Assembly (NCBI RefSeq): GCF_000284115.1
Contig: NC_017080.1
Location: forward strand, 2,400,001 to 2,432,000
Source: Phycisphaera mikurensis NBRC 102666
GTDB lineage: Bacteria > Planctomycetota > Phycisphaerae > Phycisphaerales > Phycisphaeraceae
DNA length: 32,000 nucleotides
Direction: 5' to 3'
Within the stretch, counting starts at the first letter, position 1. Each line of letters opens with the position of its first letter. This document shows positions 17,012 to 27,303 of this stretch, one piece after another. Below the pieces are notes generated by a model. The model was not told where the DNA came from. It saw nothing but the letters and a program-made list of their open reading frames with translations, and searched no databases. Made by a program: the position numbers and the translations under genes.

Positions 17012-19012
17012 CTACCGCAGATCCAGCCAGGCGACCTCCTCGTCGGTCAGCGTCACGTCCAGCGTGGCGAGGGTCGAGTGCAGCTCGCTGACCTGCCGCG
17101 GTCCGATCAGCGCGAAGCTGGGGAAGGGCTGGCGGAGGACCCACGCGCCGGCGACGTTGATCGCGTCGCAGCCCTTCTTCTCCGCGAGCTCGACGGCCCG
17201 GCGCTTCCGCTCGAGGTTGTCTTCGCTCACCCAGCAGCGCTTCACCTCGGCCTCGTCGAGGTCGCGGCCGGCGGCGAAGAAGCCGCGGGCCTGGCTGCTC
17301 CACGCGAAGTTGGGCGTCTGCGTCTCCTCCAGCCAGGCCAGCCAGTCCGGCTGGTGCGCGGTGACGCACCCACCCCAGATCGGGTCGACCATGACCGCCA
17401 GCGAGAGGTTCTGGCTCACCGCCGTGAAGGCGCGGCGGCCGTTGGCGGCGGCGTAAGCGTTCGCTTCCTTCACCCGCTGCAGCGACCAGTTGCTCCCGCC
17501 GGAGAGCCCGGTGATCTTCCCGGCCGACGCCAGCTCGTCGACGGCGTCGACGAACTCGCCGACGGGCACCTCCGGGTTGTCGCGGTGCAGGAAATAGAAG
17601 GAGCAGGCGTCGAGTCCGAGCCAGCCCAGCTGAAGGTCCAGCTCGACGCCGACCTGGCTGGGGTGGCAGCGGGGCGAGTGGGCGCCCTTGCAGATGACGT
17701 GCGCCTCCGCGGCGACGCCGCGGTGGGCGAGCCAGTCGCCGAGCGCTTTGCTCCTCGGCTTGCCGTAGACCTGGGCCGTGTCGAAGGCGTTGCCGCCGGC
17801 GGCCCAGTAGGCGTCGGCCACCGGCGCGAGCTCGGCGAGGTGGTTCTTGTTGTCGCACCCGAGGACCAGGCGAGAAACCCGGCCGGCCACGCCCGCCAGC
17901 GTCACGCTGGGGATGCGGGAACCCGCCGCGAGCGGCTCCCCGCCCACGCGGGTGCTCCGGTACTTCGCGGGGGTCTCGATGCCGTAGCGGAGCCCGACGG
18001 CGTCGCGCCAGCGGTCCAGCGCCGCCATGTTCCCCAGCGTGTCGGCGGGCGTGGGCAGCGGAGAAGCTTCCCCCGCGACCGCCGCCGCGAAGGCGTCGGC
18101 TTCGAGCCCGTAGAGCGCCCGCTCGGAGGCGGCGGTCACCCGCTCGGTGCCCGCGTCGGTGGTGAGGTCGAAGCCCGCTTCGCCGCCCTCCCGCGCCGGG
18201 ATGAAGACCTGCTCGGCGACGAGGGAGCCGGCCGAGCCGGTGACCCGAAGCTGCGGGCCGTCCTGCTTGAGCCGCACGCCGCAGCGGAGTTGCGCGAGCA
18301 GGCCGCCGCCGAAGTCGGCATCGGCGATCGCCCACTCGTCCACGCCGGTGTCGCCGACAAACGCCTGGCCGGCGAGTCCTCGGGGCTCGGCGAAGGGCTC
18401 ACCCCGGGCCGCTCCCGCGAGGCTGCGGGCGAGGTTCATCGTGTAGCAGCCGACGTCGAGGATGCCGCCGCCGGCCGCGTCGTTTTCGACCAAGCGGCCG
18501 GTCCGGGTCTCGCCGACGTCGAAGCTGAAGACCGCCTCGATCAGCCGCACGTCGCCGATCTTCCCGCCGCGGATCGCCTCGGCGATCGCCGCCGTCTGCG
18601 GGTGGCAGCGGTACATGAAGGCCTCGCGCACCGTCACGCCCGACGCGGCGGCCTCGGCCAGCGCCGCCTCGGCGTCGGCGAAGTTCACCGCCAGCGGCTT
18701 CTCGCAGAGCACGTGCTTTCCGGCTCGGGCCGCCTTCACCAGCCACTCGGCGTGCTGCGGGTGCGGGGTGGCGAGGTAGATCGCCTCGACCTCCGGGTCG
18801 GCCAGCAGCGCCGCGTAGGAGCCGTGGGCCCGCACCTCGCCGTGGGCCGCGCGGCACTCCGCGGCGAAGGCCTCCGCCGGCTCGGTCGCACGCGAGGCCA
18901 CCGCGACCAGCCGGCCGGTGCGGCTGGCGGGGAGGTGGCTGGCGAAGGCGTGGGCGATTCTGCCCGTGGAGAGGATGCCCCAGCGGAGCGAGGTCGTGGC
19001 GTCGGTGGTCAT
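17012..19012 (-). CDS. Gfo/Idh/MocA-family oxidoreductase fused to C-terminal aldo/keto reductase
   Basis: 666 aa; N-term LRWGILSTGRIAHAFASHLP..ATPHPQHAEWLVKAARAGKHVLCEKPLAVN; C-term LVLGCDNKNH..NAFDTAQVYGKPRSKALGDWL..YFLHRDNPEVPVGEFVDAVDELASAGKITGLSGGSNW. Confidence 0.88.
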   Translation of the reverse strand: MTTDATTSLRWGILSTGRIAHAFASHLPASRTGRLVAVASRATEPAEAFAAECRAAHGEVRAHGSYAALLADPEVEAIYLATPHPQHAEWLVKAARAGKHVLCEKPLAVNFADAEAALAEAAASGVTVREAFMYRCHPQTAAIAEAIRGGKIGDVRLIEAVFSFDVGETRTGRLVENDAAGGGILDVGCYTMNLARSLAGAARGEPFAEPRGLAGQAFVGDTGVDEWAIADADFGGGLLAQLRCGVRLKQDGPQLRVTGSAGSLVAEQVFIPAREGGEAGFDLTTDAGTERVTAASERALYGLEADAFAAAVAGEASPLPTPADTLGNMAALDRWRDAVGLRYGIETPAKYRSTRVGGEPLAAGSRIPSVTLAGVAGRVSRLVLGCDNKNHLAELAPVADAYWAAGGNAFDTAQVYGKPRSKALGDWLAHRGVAAEAHVICKGAHSPRCHPSQVGVELDLQLGWLGLDACSFYFLHRDNPEVPVGEFVDAVDELASAGKITGLSGGSNWSLQRVKEANAYAAANGRRAFTAVSQNLSLAVMVDPIWGGCVTAHQPDWLAWLEETQTPNFAWSSQARGFFAAGRDLDEAEVKRCWVSEDNLERKRRAVELAEKKGCDAINVAGAWVLRQPFPSFALIGPRQVSELHSTLATLDVTLTDEEVAWLDLR

Positions 19013-19057
19013 GAGCGGGGAAGGTACCCGCCCCGCCGCCGGCGCGGCCCGCTCGCC

Positions 19058-20107
19058 TCAGCCCAGCGCCGCGCGCTTCTCCTGGATGCTGGCGAGCAGC
19101 TTCTTGTGCGGGTCGGCGAACTTGGCCGTGCCCTCCCGCATCAGCGTGTCCTCGAGCTTCTGGATGTCGACCTTCTGGTTGATCTCGTCGACCACGTGCT
19201 GCGGCGGGAGCTGGGTCGCGTTGGCCTCGTAGCTCTTGCCGAGGCTCTCCAGGGCGTCGAAGGTCTCCGGCGGGTTGGTCTGGATGTCCGCGCCGACGAG
19301 GTTGCCGACGTAGTAGTCCTCCTCTTGCCAGTCGAGCTTCTTGCCGGTGCTCGCCCAGATCATCTCCTGCTTGAGGGCCAGCTCCTTGTCCTCCCAGAAG
19401 GCCGCGTTCTTGAGGCCGATCTGCTTCGCGTTCACCAGGCCGACCTTGCCCTGAGCCTCCTCCGAGAGCTCCGGGCAGTGCTCCTTCGTGTAGACGTCGA
19501 CCCGGCTGATGAAGATCGAGTAGACGCTCTTGAAGCGGCTCTTGCTGCCGTGCCGCTGCCGGCCTCTCCACACCGCGTCGCGGGCGGCGAGGTACTGCCG
19601 CTCGCTGAAGATCAGCGTGACGTTGAGCGTGACGCCGGCGGCGGCGAGCTCCTCGAGCGCCCCGAGGCCCGCCTCGGTGGCCGGCACCTTGATCATCCGG
19701 TTGACCTGGCCCTCGGCCCAGCGCTTGCCCAGCTCGACGTACTTCCTGGATCGCTCGGCAACGGAGAGGCCGTTGTCGGGGTCCTCCAGCAGCGGGTCGA
19801 GCTCGAAGCTGACCCAGCCGGTGTTGCCGCGGCTCTTCTCCCAGTCGTCCTTGAACTCGCGGGCGGCGTCCTTGGTCAGCTTGTCGGTGATGGCCCAGGC
19901 GATGGCCTCGTCGTCATGACCCTCGCCCATGAACTTCTTGATCGTGTCGTCGAAGCGGCCGGTGGCGATCAGCGCCGCGATGATGGCGGGGTTGCTGGTG
20001 GCGCCGGTGATGCCGCGGGCCTTGTTCTTCTTGACCTCGTCGGGATCGACGGAGTCGAGCCAGAGCGTGGAGCCGGCGTCGAGGATGGACTGGATGGGGC
20101 GGGTCAT
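19058..20107 (-). CDS. tal: Transaldolase family protein
   Basis: 349 aa; [61 protein letters not shown]. Confidence 0.87.
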   Translation of the reverse strand: MTRPIQSILDAGSTLWLDSVDPDEVKKNKARGITGATSNPAIIAALIATGRFDDTIKKFMGEGHDDEAIAWAITDKLTKDAAREFKDDWEKSRGNTGWVSFELDPLLEDPDNGLSVAERSRKYVELGKRWAEGQVNRMIKVPATEAGLGALEELAAAGVTLNVTLIFSERQYLAARDAVWRGRQRHGSKSRFKSVYSIFISRVDVYTKEHCPELSEEAQGKVGLVNAKQIGLKNAAFWEDKELALKQEMIWASTGKKLDWQEEDYYVGNLVGADIQTNPPETFDALESLGKSYEANATQLPPQHVVDEINQKVDIQKLEDTLMREGTAKFADPHKKLLASIQEKRAALG

Positions 20108-20260
20108 GGGAGGTCTCGGGCTGCGGTGGAGGGAGCTGGCCTCGTCCTGAGGCGGCGGGGATCCTAACCCGCTCCGGGCCGGGCACCGCGTCCCACGCAG
20201 GGACGCGGACGCACGCGGGTGCGGCGGGGCGCGGACCGCTCGGTGACCCGCCCGCTCGGC

Positions 20261-21214
<954 letters not shown>

Positions 21215-21247
21215 GGGCCGGCGAGGTTACCGCCAAGGAGCAGGACG

Positions 21248-21293
21248 CCGCGGACCGCGGGTGCCATCGACGCTTCGGGGCGGCGGTCCGCGG
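21248..21293. repeat. 46-bp inverted-repeat element copy (perfect), moxR-mutL intergenic
   Basis: CCGCGGACCG-N26-CGGTCCGCGG. Confidence 0.92.
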
Positions 21294-21371
21294 CGCGGCC
21301 CGCTCGCAGCGTGGAACGGCCCGCCCGCTCGCCGCCGGGGGGACCTCGTCCCTCGGGCGGAGCGGCCGCGT

Positions 21372-23207
21372 TCAGCGGCCGAAGCGGTGGCGCAGCTCGT
21401 TCCAGGTGAGGCGGAGGGTGGTCGGGCGGCCGTGGGGGCAGCTGCTGCTGCGTTCGACCTCGTCGCGGAGGCGGAGCAGCTCGTCGAGCTCGGGGCCGCT
21501 GAGGCGGTCGCCGGCTTTGACCGCGGCTTTGCAGCTCATCATGTCGAGCACGGCGGCGAGGGCCGCCTCGGTGACGCGGCCGCCGGCATCGGCGGGGCCC
21601 GCGAGGTCGCCGTTCTCGGCCGCGTCCAGCAGGCCCTCGACGAAGGGGCCGACGGCGACGCCGCGAGACTTGAGCAGCGTGGGGAAGGCCTGGACGGCGA
21701 GCGTCCGCGGCCCCATGGGCTCCAGCTCCAGCGCGAGGCTTTCGAGCAGCGGGGCGAGGTCGTCCAGGAGCGCCTGACGCCCGGCGTCGGCGGTGACGGT
21801 GACCGGCACGAGGAGCCGCTGCTTCTCCAGCGGCTTGCCTTCGCCGAGGATCCGCTTCCAGAGCTTCTCGAACATCACGCGCTCGTGCAGGGCGTGCTGA
21901 TCGATGACCAGCAAGCCCTCGGCATCTTCGGTGACGAGGAAGGAATCGGAAAACTGGACGACCTTCCTCGGCGGCCCCGCGACTGCGGGTCCGCCGGCTC
22001 CCGCTGCACCACGCTGGCCCGCGGGAGCGTCCGCCAGGCGGTCGAGCTCGTCGCGCGTGGCGGCGTAGTCGAAGGACGCGCGGGACGGCGAGGGCTCCCG
22101 CAGCTCGAAGCCCTGCGCCGCGGACCGCGGGCGGTTGGGCCCGGATCCTCCGGCGGTCCGCGGATGCAGCGCGGGCGTGAGGTCTTCGGCGAGCAGGCGC
22201 TCGCGGCAGGCGGCGCGGATCAGCGAGTGGGCCGCACCCGCGTCGCGGAAGCGGACCTCGGCCTTGGTCGGGTGGACGTTCACGTCGACGGCGGCGGGGT
22301 CGAGGGTGAGGTGCACGGCGGCGACGGGCTGGCGGTCGGCCGGCATCAACCCGCGGTACGCCTCCTTGAGCGCGTGCACGAGCTGGCGGTCGCGGACGGG
22401 CCGGCCGTTCACGCTGAAGTGCTGGAACTTGCTGCTGGCGCGGCCGATCTCGGGCCGGCCCAGCAGCGCGAGCACCCGCATCGGGCTCGCGCCCTTCCAG
22501 CCGGGCTCGTCGCGGTCGAGGCGGAGCAGGGCGTCGTCGAGGTCGCGGCCGAGGATCGCCACGCCCCGCTCCCAGGGGTCCTGGCCGGCGGGCAGCTCCA
22601 GCGTGACGCGGCCGTTGTGCGTGAGGCGGAAGCCCACGCGGGGGTGGGTCATCGCCGACTGCTGCACGGTCGCGGCGATGCGGCCGTACTCGGTGGGGGC
22701 CGCGCGGAGGAAGCGGCGGCGGGCGGGCACGTTGAAGAAGAGGTCGCGGACCTCGACGGTGGTGCCCGCGGGCGCGGCGAGCGGAGCGACGGGGCCGGGT
22801 GGGCCGCCGGCCTGCTCGATGGCGGCGGCGAGCTCCTCGCCCGGCGGCCGCGACACGACGCGGACGCGTGCGACCGAGGCGATCGACGCGAGCGCTTCGC
22901 CGCGGAAGCCCAGCGTCGCGATGGCGGCGAGGCCGTCCGCGTCGCGCAGCTTGCTGGTGGCGTGGGGCGAGAGCGCGAGGCCGAGCTGGTCGGCCGGGAT
23001 GCCGCCGCCGTCGTCGCTCACGCGGACGAGCGCGCCGCCGCCCTCCTCGGCGTCGATGACGATGCGCGTCGCCCCCGCGTCGACCGCGTTCTCCAGCAGC
23101 TCCTTCACGACCGACGACGGCCGCTCGACCACCTCGCCCGCGGCGATCTGGTCGACCAAGAGCGGCGGGAGCGTCTGGATGGAGGCTCGGTCGGCCGCGG
23201 CCTGCAT
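21372..23207 (-). CDS. mutL: DNA mismatch repair protein MutL
   Basis: 611 aa from ATG at 23207; IQTLPPLLVDQIAAGEVVERPSSVVKELLENAVDAGATRI, LATLGFRGEALASIASV; C-terminal RPTTLRLTWNELRHRFGR. Confidence 0.95.
   Translation of the reverse strand: MQAAADRASIQTLPPLLVDQIAAGEVVERPSSVVKELLENAVDAGATRIVIDAEEGGGALVRVSDDGGGIPADQLGLALSPHATSKLRDADGLAAIATLGFRGEALASIASVARVRVVSRPPGEELAAAIEQAGGPPGPVAPLAAPAGTTVEVRDLFFNVPARRRFLRAAPTEYGRIAATVQQSAMTHPRVGFRLTHNGRVTLELPAGQDPWERGVAILGRDLDDALLRLDRDEPGWKGASPMRVLALLGRPEIGRASSKFQHFSVNGRPVRDRQLVHALKEAYRGLMPADRQPVAAVHLTLDPAAVDVNVHPTKAEVRFRDAGAAHSLIRAACRERLLAEDLTPALHPRTAGGSGPNRPRSAAQGFELREPSPSRASFDYAATRDELDRLADAPAGQRGAAGAGGPAVAGPPRKVVQFSDSFLVTEDAEGLLVIDQHALHERVMFEKLWKRILGEGKPLEKQRLLVPVTVTADAGRQALLDDLAPLLESLALELEPMGPRTLAVQAFPTLLKSRGVAVGPFVEGLLDAAENGDLAGPADAGGRVTEAALAAVLDMMSCKAAVKAGDRLSGPELDELLRLRDEVERSSSCPHGRPTTLRLTWNELRHRFGR
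22118..22163. repeat. 46-bp inverted-repeat element copy (perfect), within mutL linker
   Basis: CCGCGGACCG-N26-CGGTCCGCGG; encodes PRTAG...PRSAAQG on the minus strand. Confidence 0.92.
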
Positions 23208-23225
23208 CGGCTTACGGTAGAGCCG

Positions 23226-23891
23226 ATGAGCGAGCCTTTGATCCGATCCGGCATGACCGTCCTCTTCCAGGGCGACTCGATCACCGACACCGGCCGCGAT
23301 CGATCGATCGCCGAGGCCAACCAAACCGAGGCGCTCGGCCGCGGGTACGCGCTGCTCGCGTCGGCGCGGCTGCTTGCAGCCTTCGGCCCCTCCGGCGTCC
23401 GCTGCCTGAACCGCGGCGTCGGCGGCGACAAGGCGTTCCAGCTGGCGGACCGCTGGCAAGCCGACTGCCTCGGCTTGAAGCCCGACGTGCTGTCGCTGCT
23501 CATCGGCGTGAACGACACCTGGCACGGGCTCGCCGGCGGCGACGGCATCCCCGAGGCGACGCTTCCGCGCTTCGCCCACCACGTCGACTTCCTGCTCGGC
23601 AGCGTGCGGGAGCAGAACCCCGAAGCGGTGCTCGTCGTGTGCGACCCGTTCGCGGTGCCGGCCGGTGCGGGGGCCGAGCTGGCGTTCGAGCCGGAGCTGG
23701 GCGAACGCCGGAAGATCCTCGGAAAAGCGGCGAAGAAGCACGACGCGGTCCGCGTCCGGTTCCAGGAGGTCCTCGACCAGCGGCTGGCCGCGGGCGTGGC
23801 CGCGGCCGACCTCGCCGCCGACGGCGTCCACCCGACGCTGTACGGGCACGCGGTGATGGCGGCGGCGTGGCTGGGAGCGGTGCGGCTTTAA
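23226..23891 (+). CDS. SGNH/GDSL hydrolase (lipase/esterase) family protein
   Basis: 221 aa; VLFQGDSITDTGRDR, NRGVGGDK, LIGVNDTWHG, DGVHPTLYGHAVMA. Confidence 0.9.
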   Translation: MSEPLIRSGMTVLFQGDSITDTGRDRSIAEANQTEALGRGYALLASARLLAAFGPSGVRCLNRGVGGDKAFQLADRWQADCLGLKPDVLSLLIGVNDTWHGLAGGDGIPEATLPRFAHHVDFLLGSVREQNPEAVLVVCDPFAVPAGAGAELAFEPELGERRKILGKAAKKHDAVRVRFQEVLDQRLAAGVAAADLAADGVHPTLYGHAVMAAAWLGAVRL

Positions 23892-23894
23892 CAA

Positions 23895-24036
23895 GATCCG
23901 CTCCGCGGATCGGCAAGCGAAGAAGAGAGATTGAGAGGAAGCGAAGAAGTCAGAAAGAGCGGGTCGTGCTCTTTCTCCTTGCTGACTTCCCCGCTTCTTC
24001 GCTTCCTCTCTTCCTCGCTTGATCCGCGCAGCGGAT
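23895..24036. repeat. AAGAAGCG/CGCTTCTT palindromic intergenic element, copy E
   Basis: gatccgctccgcggatcggcaagcgaagaag...gaagtcagaaagagc-gggtcgt-gctctttct...gctgacttccccgcttcttcgcttcctctcttcctcgcttgatccgcgcagcggat, between the SGNH hydrolase gene and rsmA. Confidence 0.9.
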
Positions 24037-24047
24037 GCCCCGCCCCC

Positions 24048-24872
24048 ATGCCCCAATCCCTCTCCGAAATCAAGACCCTCCTCGCCTCCCGCGGCCTGCG
24101 GCCCAAGCACGCGCTGGGGCAGAACTTCCTGCACGACGGGAACCACCTGCGGCGGATCGTGGAGGCGGCGGAGGTCGGGTCCGGCGACACCGTGCTGGAA
24201 GTCGGGCCGGGGACGGGCACGCTCACCGGGGCGCTGCTCGACGCGGGCGCGGCCGTCGCGGCGGTGGAACTCGACGACGCGCTGGCGGGCATCGTCGCCG
24301 ACCGCTTCGGGGAACGGCCGGGCTTCTCGCTGGTCCGCGGCGACTGCCTCGACGGGAAGCACGGGCTGAACCCGGAGATGATGTCGGCGGTCGGCGACGG
24401 GCCGTTCAAGCTGGTCGCGAACCTGCCGTACCAGGCGGCGTCGCCGCTGCTGGCGAACCTGGCGGGGCGGGCCGGGCGGCCGATGTCGCTCGCGGTGGTG
24501 ATGCTGCAGAAGGAGGTGGCGGACCGCCTGTCGGCGGGGCCGGGCAGCAAGGTGTACGGGGCCTTGGGGGTGCTCCTGCAGAGCGGCTTCGCGGTGGACC
24601 GCGTGGCGGTGCTGCCGGCGTCGTGCTTCTGGCCGCAGCCCAAGGTGCAGTCGGCCGTGGTCCGGCTGCGGCGGCGGGAGACGCCGATGGCCGAAGACGT
24701 CGCGGGCTTCGGCCGCTTCTTGCACGGGCTCTTCGCCAAGCGGCGGAAGCAGCTGGGGGCGGTGCTGGGGCGCGGCTTCGACTTCCCCGCGGGCGTGGAT
24801 CCAGCCGGTCGGGCGGAGGACTTGGCCCCGGAGGTGCTGGCGGAGCTGTTCCGGCGTTCGCTGCGGACGTAG
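24048..24872 (+). CDS. rsmA: 16S rRNA dimethyladenosine transferase RsmA/KsgA
   Basis: 274 aa; KHALGQNFLHD, VLEVGPGTGTLT, LVANLPYQAASPLL, VLLQSGF, FWPQPKVQSAVVRL. Confidence 0.94.
   Translation: MPQSLSEIKTLLASRGLRPKHALGQNFLHDGNHLRRIVEAAEVGSGDTVLEVGPGTGTLTGALLDAGAAVAAVELDDALAGIVADRFGERPGFSLVRGDCLDGKHGLNPEMMSAVGDGPFKLVANLPYQAASPLLANLAGRAGRPMSLAVVMLQKEVADRLSAGPGSKVYGALGVLLQSGFAVDRVAVLPASCFWPQPKVQSAVVRLRRRETPMAEDVAGFGRFLHGLFAKRRKQLGAVLGRGFDFPAGVDPAGRAEDLAPEVLAELFRRSLRT
24295..24340. repeat. 46-bp inverted-repeat element copy (weak), within rsmA
   Basis: TCGCCGACC-N28-GGTCCGCGG, same geometry, two mismatches in left half-site. Confidence 0.3.
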
Positions 24873-24988
24873 GGCAGGTCGGCGACCCGCCATGGAGGCG
24901 CAGCCTCCAGCGTCGATGCGGCGAGGACGGCTGGTGAGATCTGACGCTGCCGCCTCCGGCGGCATGGCAGGTCGCCGACCTGCCCTAC
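24869..24988. repeat. ~120-bp element bounded by perfect 19-bp inverted repeats
   Basis: 24869-24887 gtagggcaggtcggcgacc vs 24970-24988 ggtcgccgacctgccctac; left arm contains the rsmA stop codon TAG. Confidence 0.9.
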
Positions 24989-25039
24989 GGTCCGGGGCCG
25001 CGGATCGTCGCGGGTCCGCTTCCTTTCCCCCCACCGCCC

Positions 25040-25936
25040 ATGCGCACGCTGATCGCCGTCCCGGTCTACAACGAAGAACAGCACGTGGAGAAGGTGATCT
25101 CGGCGATCACCTGCGTGGCGCAGGGCGACCGCGTCTGCCGCAACGGGCAGGCGGAGAAGCTCGACGATCCGCAGCCGCCGGCGGACGTGCTGGTGATCGA
25201 CGACGGCAGCACCGACGCGACGCCCTCGCTGCTGGCGAAGCAGCCGGTGGACGTGATCCGCCACAAAACGAACCTGGGCTACGGCCGCAGCATCCGCGAC
25301 GCCTTCCGCTGGGCCCAGTGCTACCGCTACGACTGGCTGGTCACGATGGACTGCGACGAGCAGCACGAGCCGGCGAGCCTGCCGGACTTCCGGGCGGCCA
25401 TCGCCGACGACGACGCGGACGTGGTCTCGGGCAGCCGCTACCTCGATCCCGAGGCCATCGATCGGGCGCACGGGGCGCCGCCGGAGGACCGCCGGAAGAT
25501 CAACGAAGCCGTGTGCGACTGGGTGAACCAGCGGCTGGGGGCGCGGCTGGGCGGTCCGATCACCGACGCCTTCTGCGGGTTCAAGGCGTACCGGGTCTCG
25601 CGGCTGGCGGCGCTCGCGCTCGACGTCGACGGCTACGCGATCCCACTGCAGTTCTGGGTGCAGGCGGCGGCGGCGCGGCTGACGGTGAAGGAAGTCCCGA
25701 TCCGGCTGATCTACACCGACGAGGAGCGGACCTTCGGCGCCGAGCTCGACGACCCCGCGCACCGCATCGCCCACTACCGCGAGGTCTTTGAGGCGGAGAT
25801 GAGCAAGCACTCCGGGCTGTCCGACGTGGCGGAGCCCGCGTCGGCCGTCGGGTCCGCCGCGGAGCCGGCAGAGCGGAACGGCTCGGTCGGGCTGCCCGAG
25901 GCCGCCGCCGAGGCCGCCGGCGTGGCGAGGAGCTGA
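25040..25936 (+). CDS. Family 2 glycosyltransferase
   Basis: 298 aa; LIAVPVYNEEQHVEKVI..VLVIDDGSTDATPSLL..NLGYGRSIRDAF..MDCDEQHEP. Confidence 0.9.
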   Translation: MRTLIAVPVYNEEQHVEKVISAITCVAQGDRVCRNGQAEKLDDPQPPADVLVIDDGSTDATPSLLAKQPVDVIRHKTNLGYGRSIRDAFRWAQCYRYDWLVTMDCDEQHEPASLPDFRAAIADDDADVVSGSRYLDPEAIDRAHGAPPEDRRKINEAVCDWVNQRLGARLGGPITDAFCGFKAYRVSRLAALALDVDGYAIPLQFWVQAAAARLTVKEVPIRLIYTDEERTFGAELDDPAHRIAHYREVFEAEMSKHSGLSDVAEPASAVGSAAEPAERNGSVGLPEAAAEAAGVARS

Positions 25937-25937
25937 G

Positions 25938-27257
25938 GTGGACGTCCGGGTGGAGCCCGACGCGGTGCCGGCTTGCGCGGGCGTGGCCCCGGTGTGGTCG
26001 GGCCACCAGCCGGGCCTCTGGCACCCGGGCATCCTGACGAAGCTGCTGCTGGCGGATGCCCTGTCCGGGGCCGCGGGCGGGCCGCCGGCGGTGTGGCTGG
26101 TGGTCGACCACGACGAGGCGGAGCCGCTGTCCTTCGGCGTGCCCACCCGACGGGGCGACCGCCTGGGCTCGGCCCGCGTGCGGCTCGGGCGGGAGCGGCC
26201 CGGGGTGCCGCCGGGCTGCCGCGAACCCGCCCCGCCGCCGGAGCTTGGCAGCGCCTGGCCGGCGGACGCGGCGCTGCCGCCGGGCCGGCTGGAGGCGGCA
26301 CTGGGCTCGCTGCCGCGAGAGGAGGCGAGGCCGGCGGAGCACGCGACGCGGCTGATGCTCGCGCTCGCCGGGCCGCTCTTGATCCGGCCGCCGGAGTTGG
26401 TGTTCTCTTCCCGGCTGCACGCCCATCCGGTGCTGGGGCCGGCGTTCCGGAGGCTGGTACGCCGGCTCCTCGGCGACGCCGTGTCGGCCGTTTCGTCGCT
26501 GAACGCGGCGGCCGCGCGGCACCCGGCCGCGGGCGTGGCGTCGCTCTCGTCGCACCCGTTCCTGGTGGAGCTGCCGCTGTGGCTGCTGGCCGAGAACCAG
26601 CCGCGGGGCCGCGTCTACGCCGACCTCGCCGACGCGGAGCCGTGGCTGGTGGACGCCGCGGGCGAGCGGCTGGATCCGGAGAGCGCGTGGCTCGCCCCGC
26701 GGGCGTTGCTCATGACGGCGCTCGTCCGGAGCGAGCCCGGCGCCTGCGGCCGCTTCCTCCACGGCACCGGCGGCGCGGCGTACGACCGCATCACCGACGA
26801 CTGGTGGGCCGCATGGTCGCCGGACCGGCCGCTCGCACCGATCGCGGCCGCGACCGCGGACCTGCGGCTCGGCCTGGACGCGCCGGTCGCCTCGCCGGCC
26901 GACCTCGCCCGGGCGCGGTGGCGGGCGCACCACCTCCCGCACAACCTCGACCGCGTCCCGGAGGTCGCCGCCGGCCACGGCGACCTCGTCGAGGAGAAGC
27001 GCCTGCTGCTGGCGTCGATGGACGACGACCGCGACGGAGCCCGGCGCGCCGCGGCGTTCCGGCGGATCCACCGGATCAACGACGCCCTGGCCGACGCCCA
27101 CCACGCGCTGCTGGACGCGGCGGAGCGGGAGGTGGCGACGGCCGCGGCGGGCGTGGCGAACCGGCGGGCCACGCGGCGGCGAGACTGGCCGTTCTTCCTG
27201 TACGCGGAGGAGGCGCTGGCGAAGCTGCGGCGGGAGGCGGCGGCCCGGGTTCGCTGA
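25938..27257 (+). CDS. Uncharacterised protein; faint resemblance to BshC-type proteins (GTG start)
   Basis: 439-aa intact ORF 1 nt after the GT2 stop codon; SGHQPGLWHPGILTKLLLADAL and VWLVVDHDEAEPL; C-terminal helical region. Confidence 0.75.
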   Translation: MDVRVEPDAVPACAGVAPVWSGHQPGLWHPGILTKLLLADALSGAAGGPPAVWLVVDHDEAEPLSFGVPTRRGDRLGSARVRLGRERPGVPPGCREPAPPPELGSAWPADAALPPGRLEAALGSLPREEARPAEHATRLMLALAGPLLIRPPELVFSSRLHAHPVLGPAFRRLVRRLLGDAVSAVSSLNAAAARHPAAGVASLSSHPFLVELPLWLLAENQPRGRVYADLADAEPWLVDAAGERLDPESAWLAPRALLMTALVRSEPGACGRFLHGTGGAAYDRITDDWWAAWSPDRPLAPIAAATADLRLGLDAPVASPADLARARWRAHHLPHNLDRVPEVAAGHGDLVEEKRLLLASMDDDRDGARRAAAFRRIHRINDALADAHHALLDAAEREVATAAAGVANRRATRRRDWPFFLYAEEALAKLRREAAARVR

Positions 27258-27303
27258 GACCTCCCCCGTCGATCGTCATCGATCCTGCGGCCAGCCGATC
27301 GGC

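Noticed and set aside
16952-20167. 1071-aa plus-strand ORF
   Set aside because: Antisense to the Gfo/Idh-AKR and transaldolase genes, both strongly supported on the minus strand; translation is compositionally biased without domains.
26854-26862. Extra CCGCGGACC half-sites at 26854 and 28803, and GGTCCGCGG at 14225
   Set aside because: No partner at the 37-bp offset; treated as chance occurrences in GC-rich DNA or decayed copies, not counted as elements.
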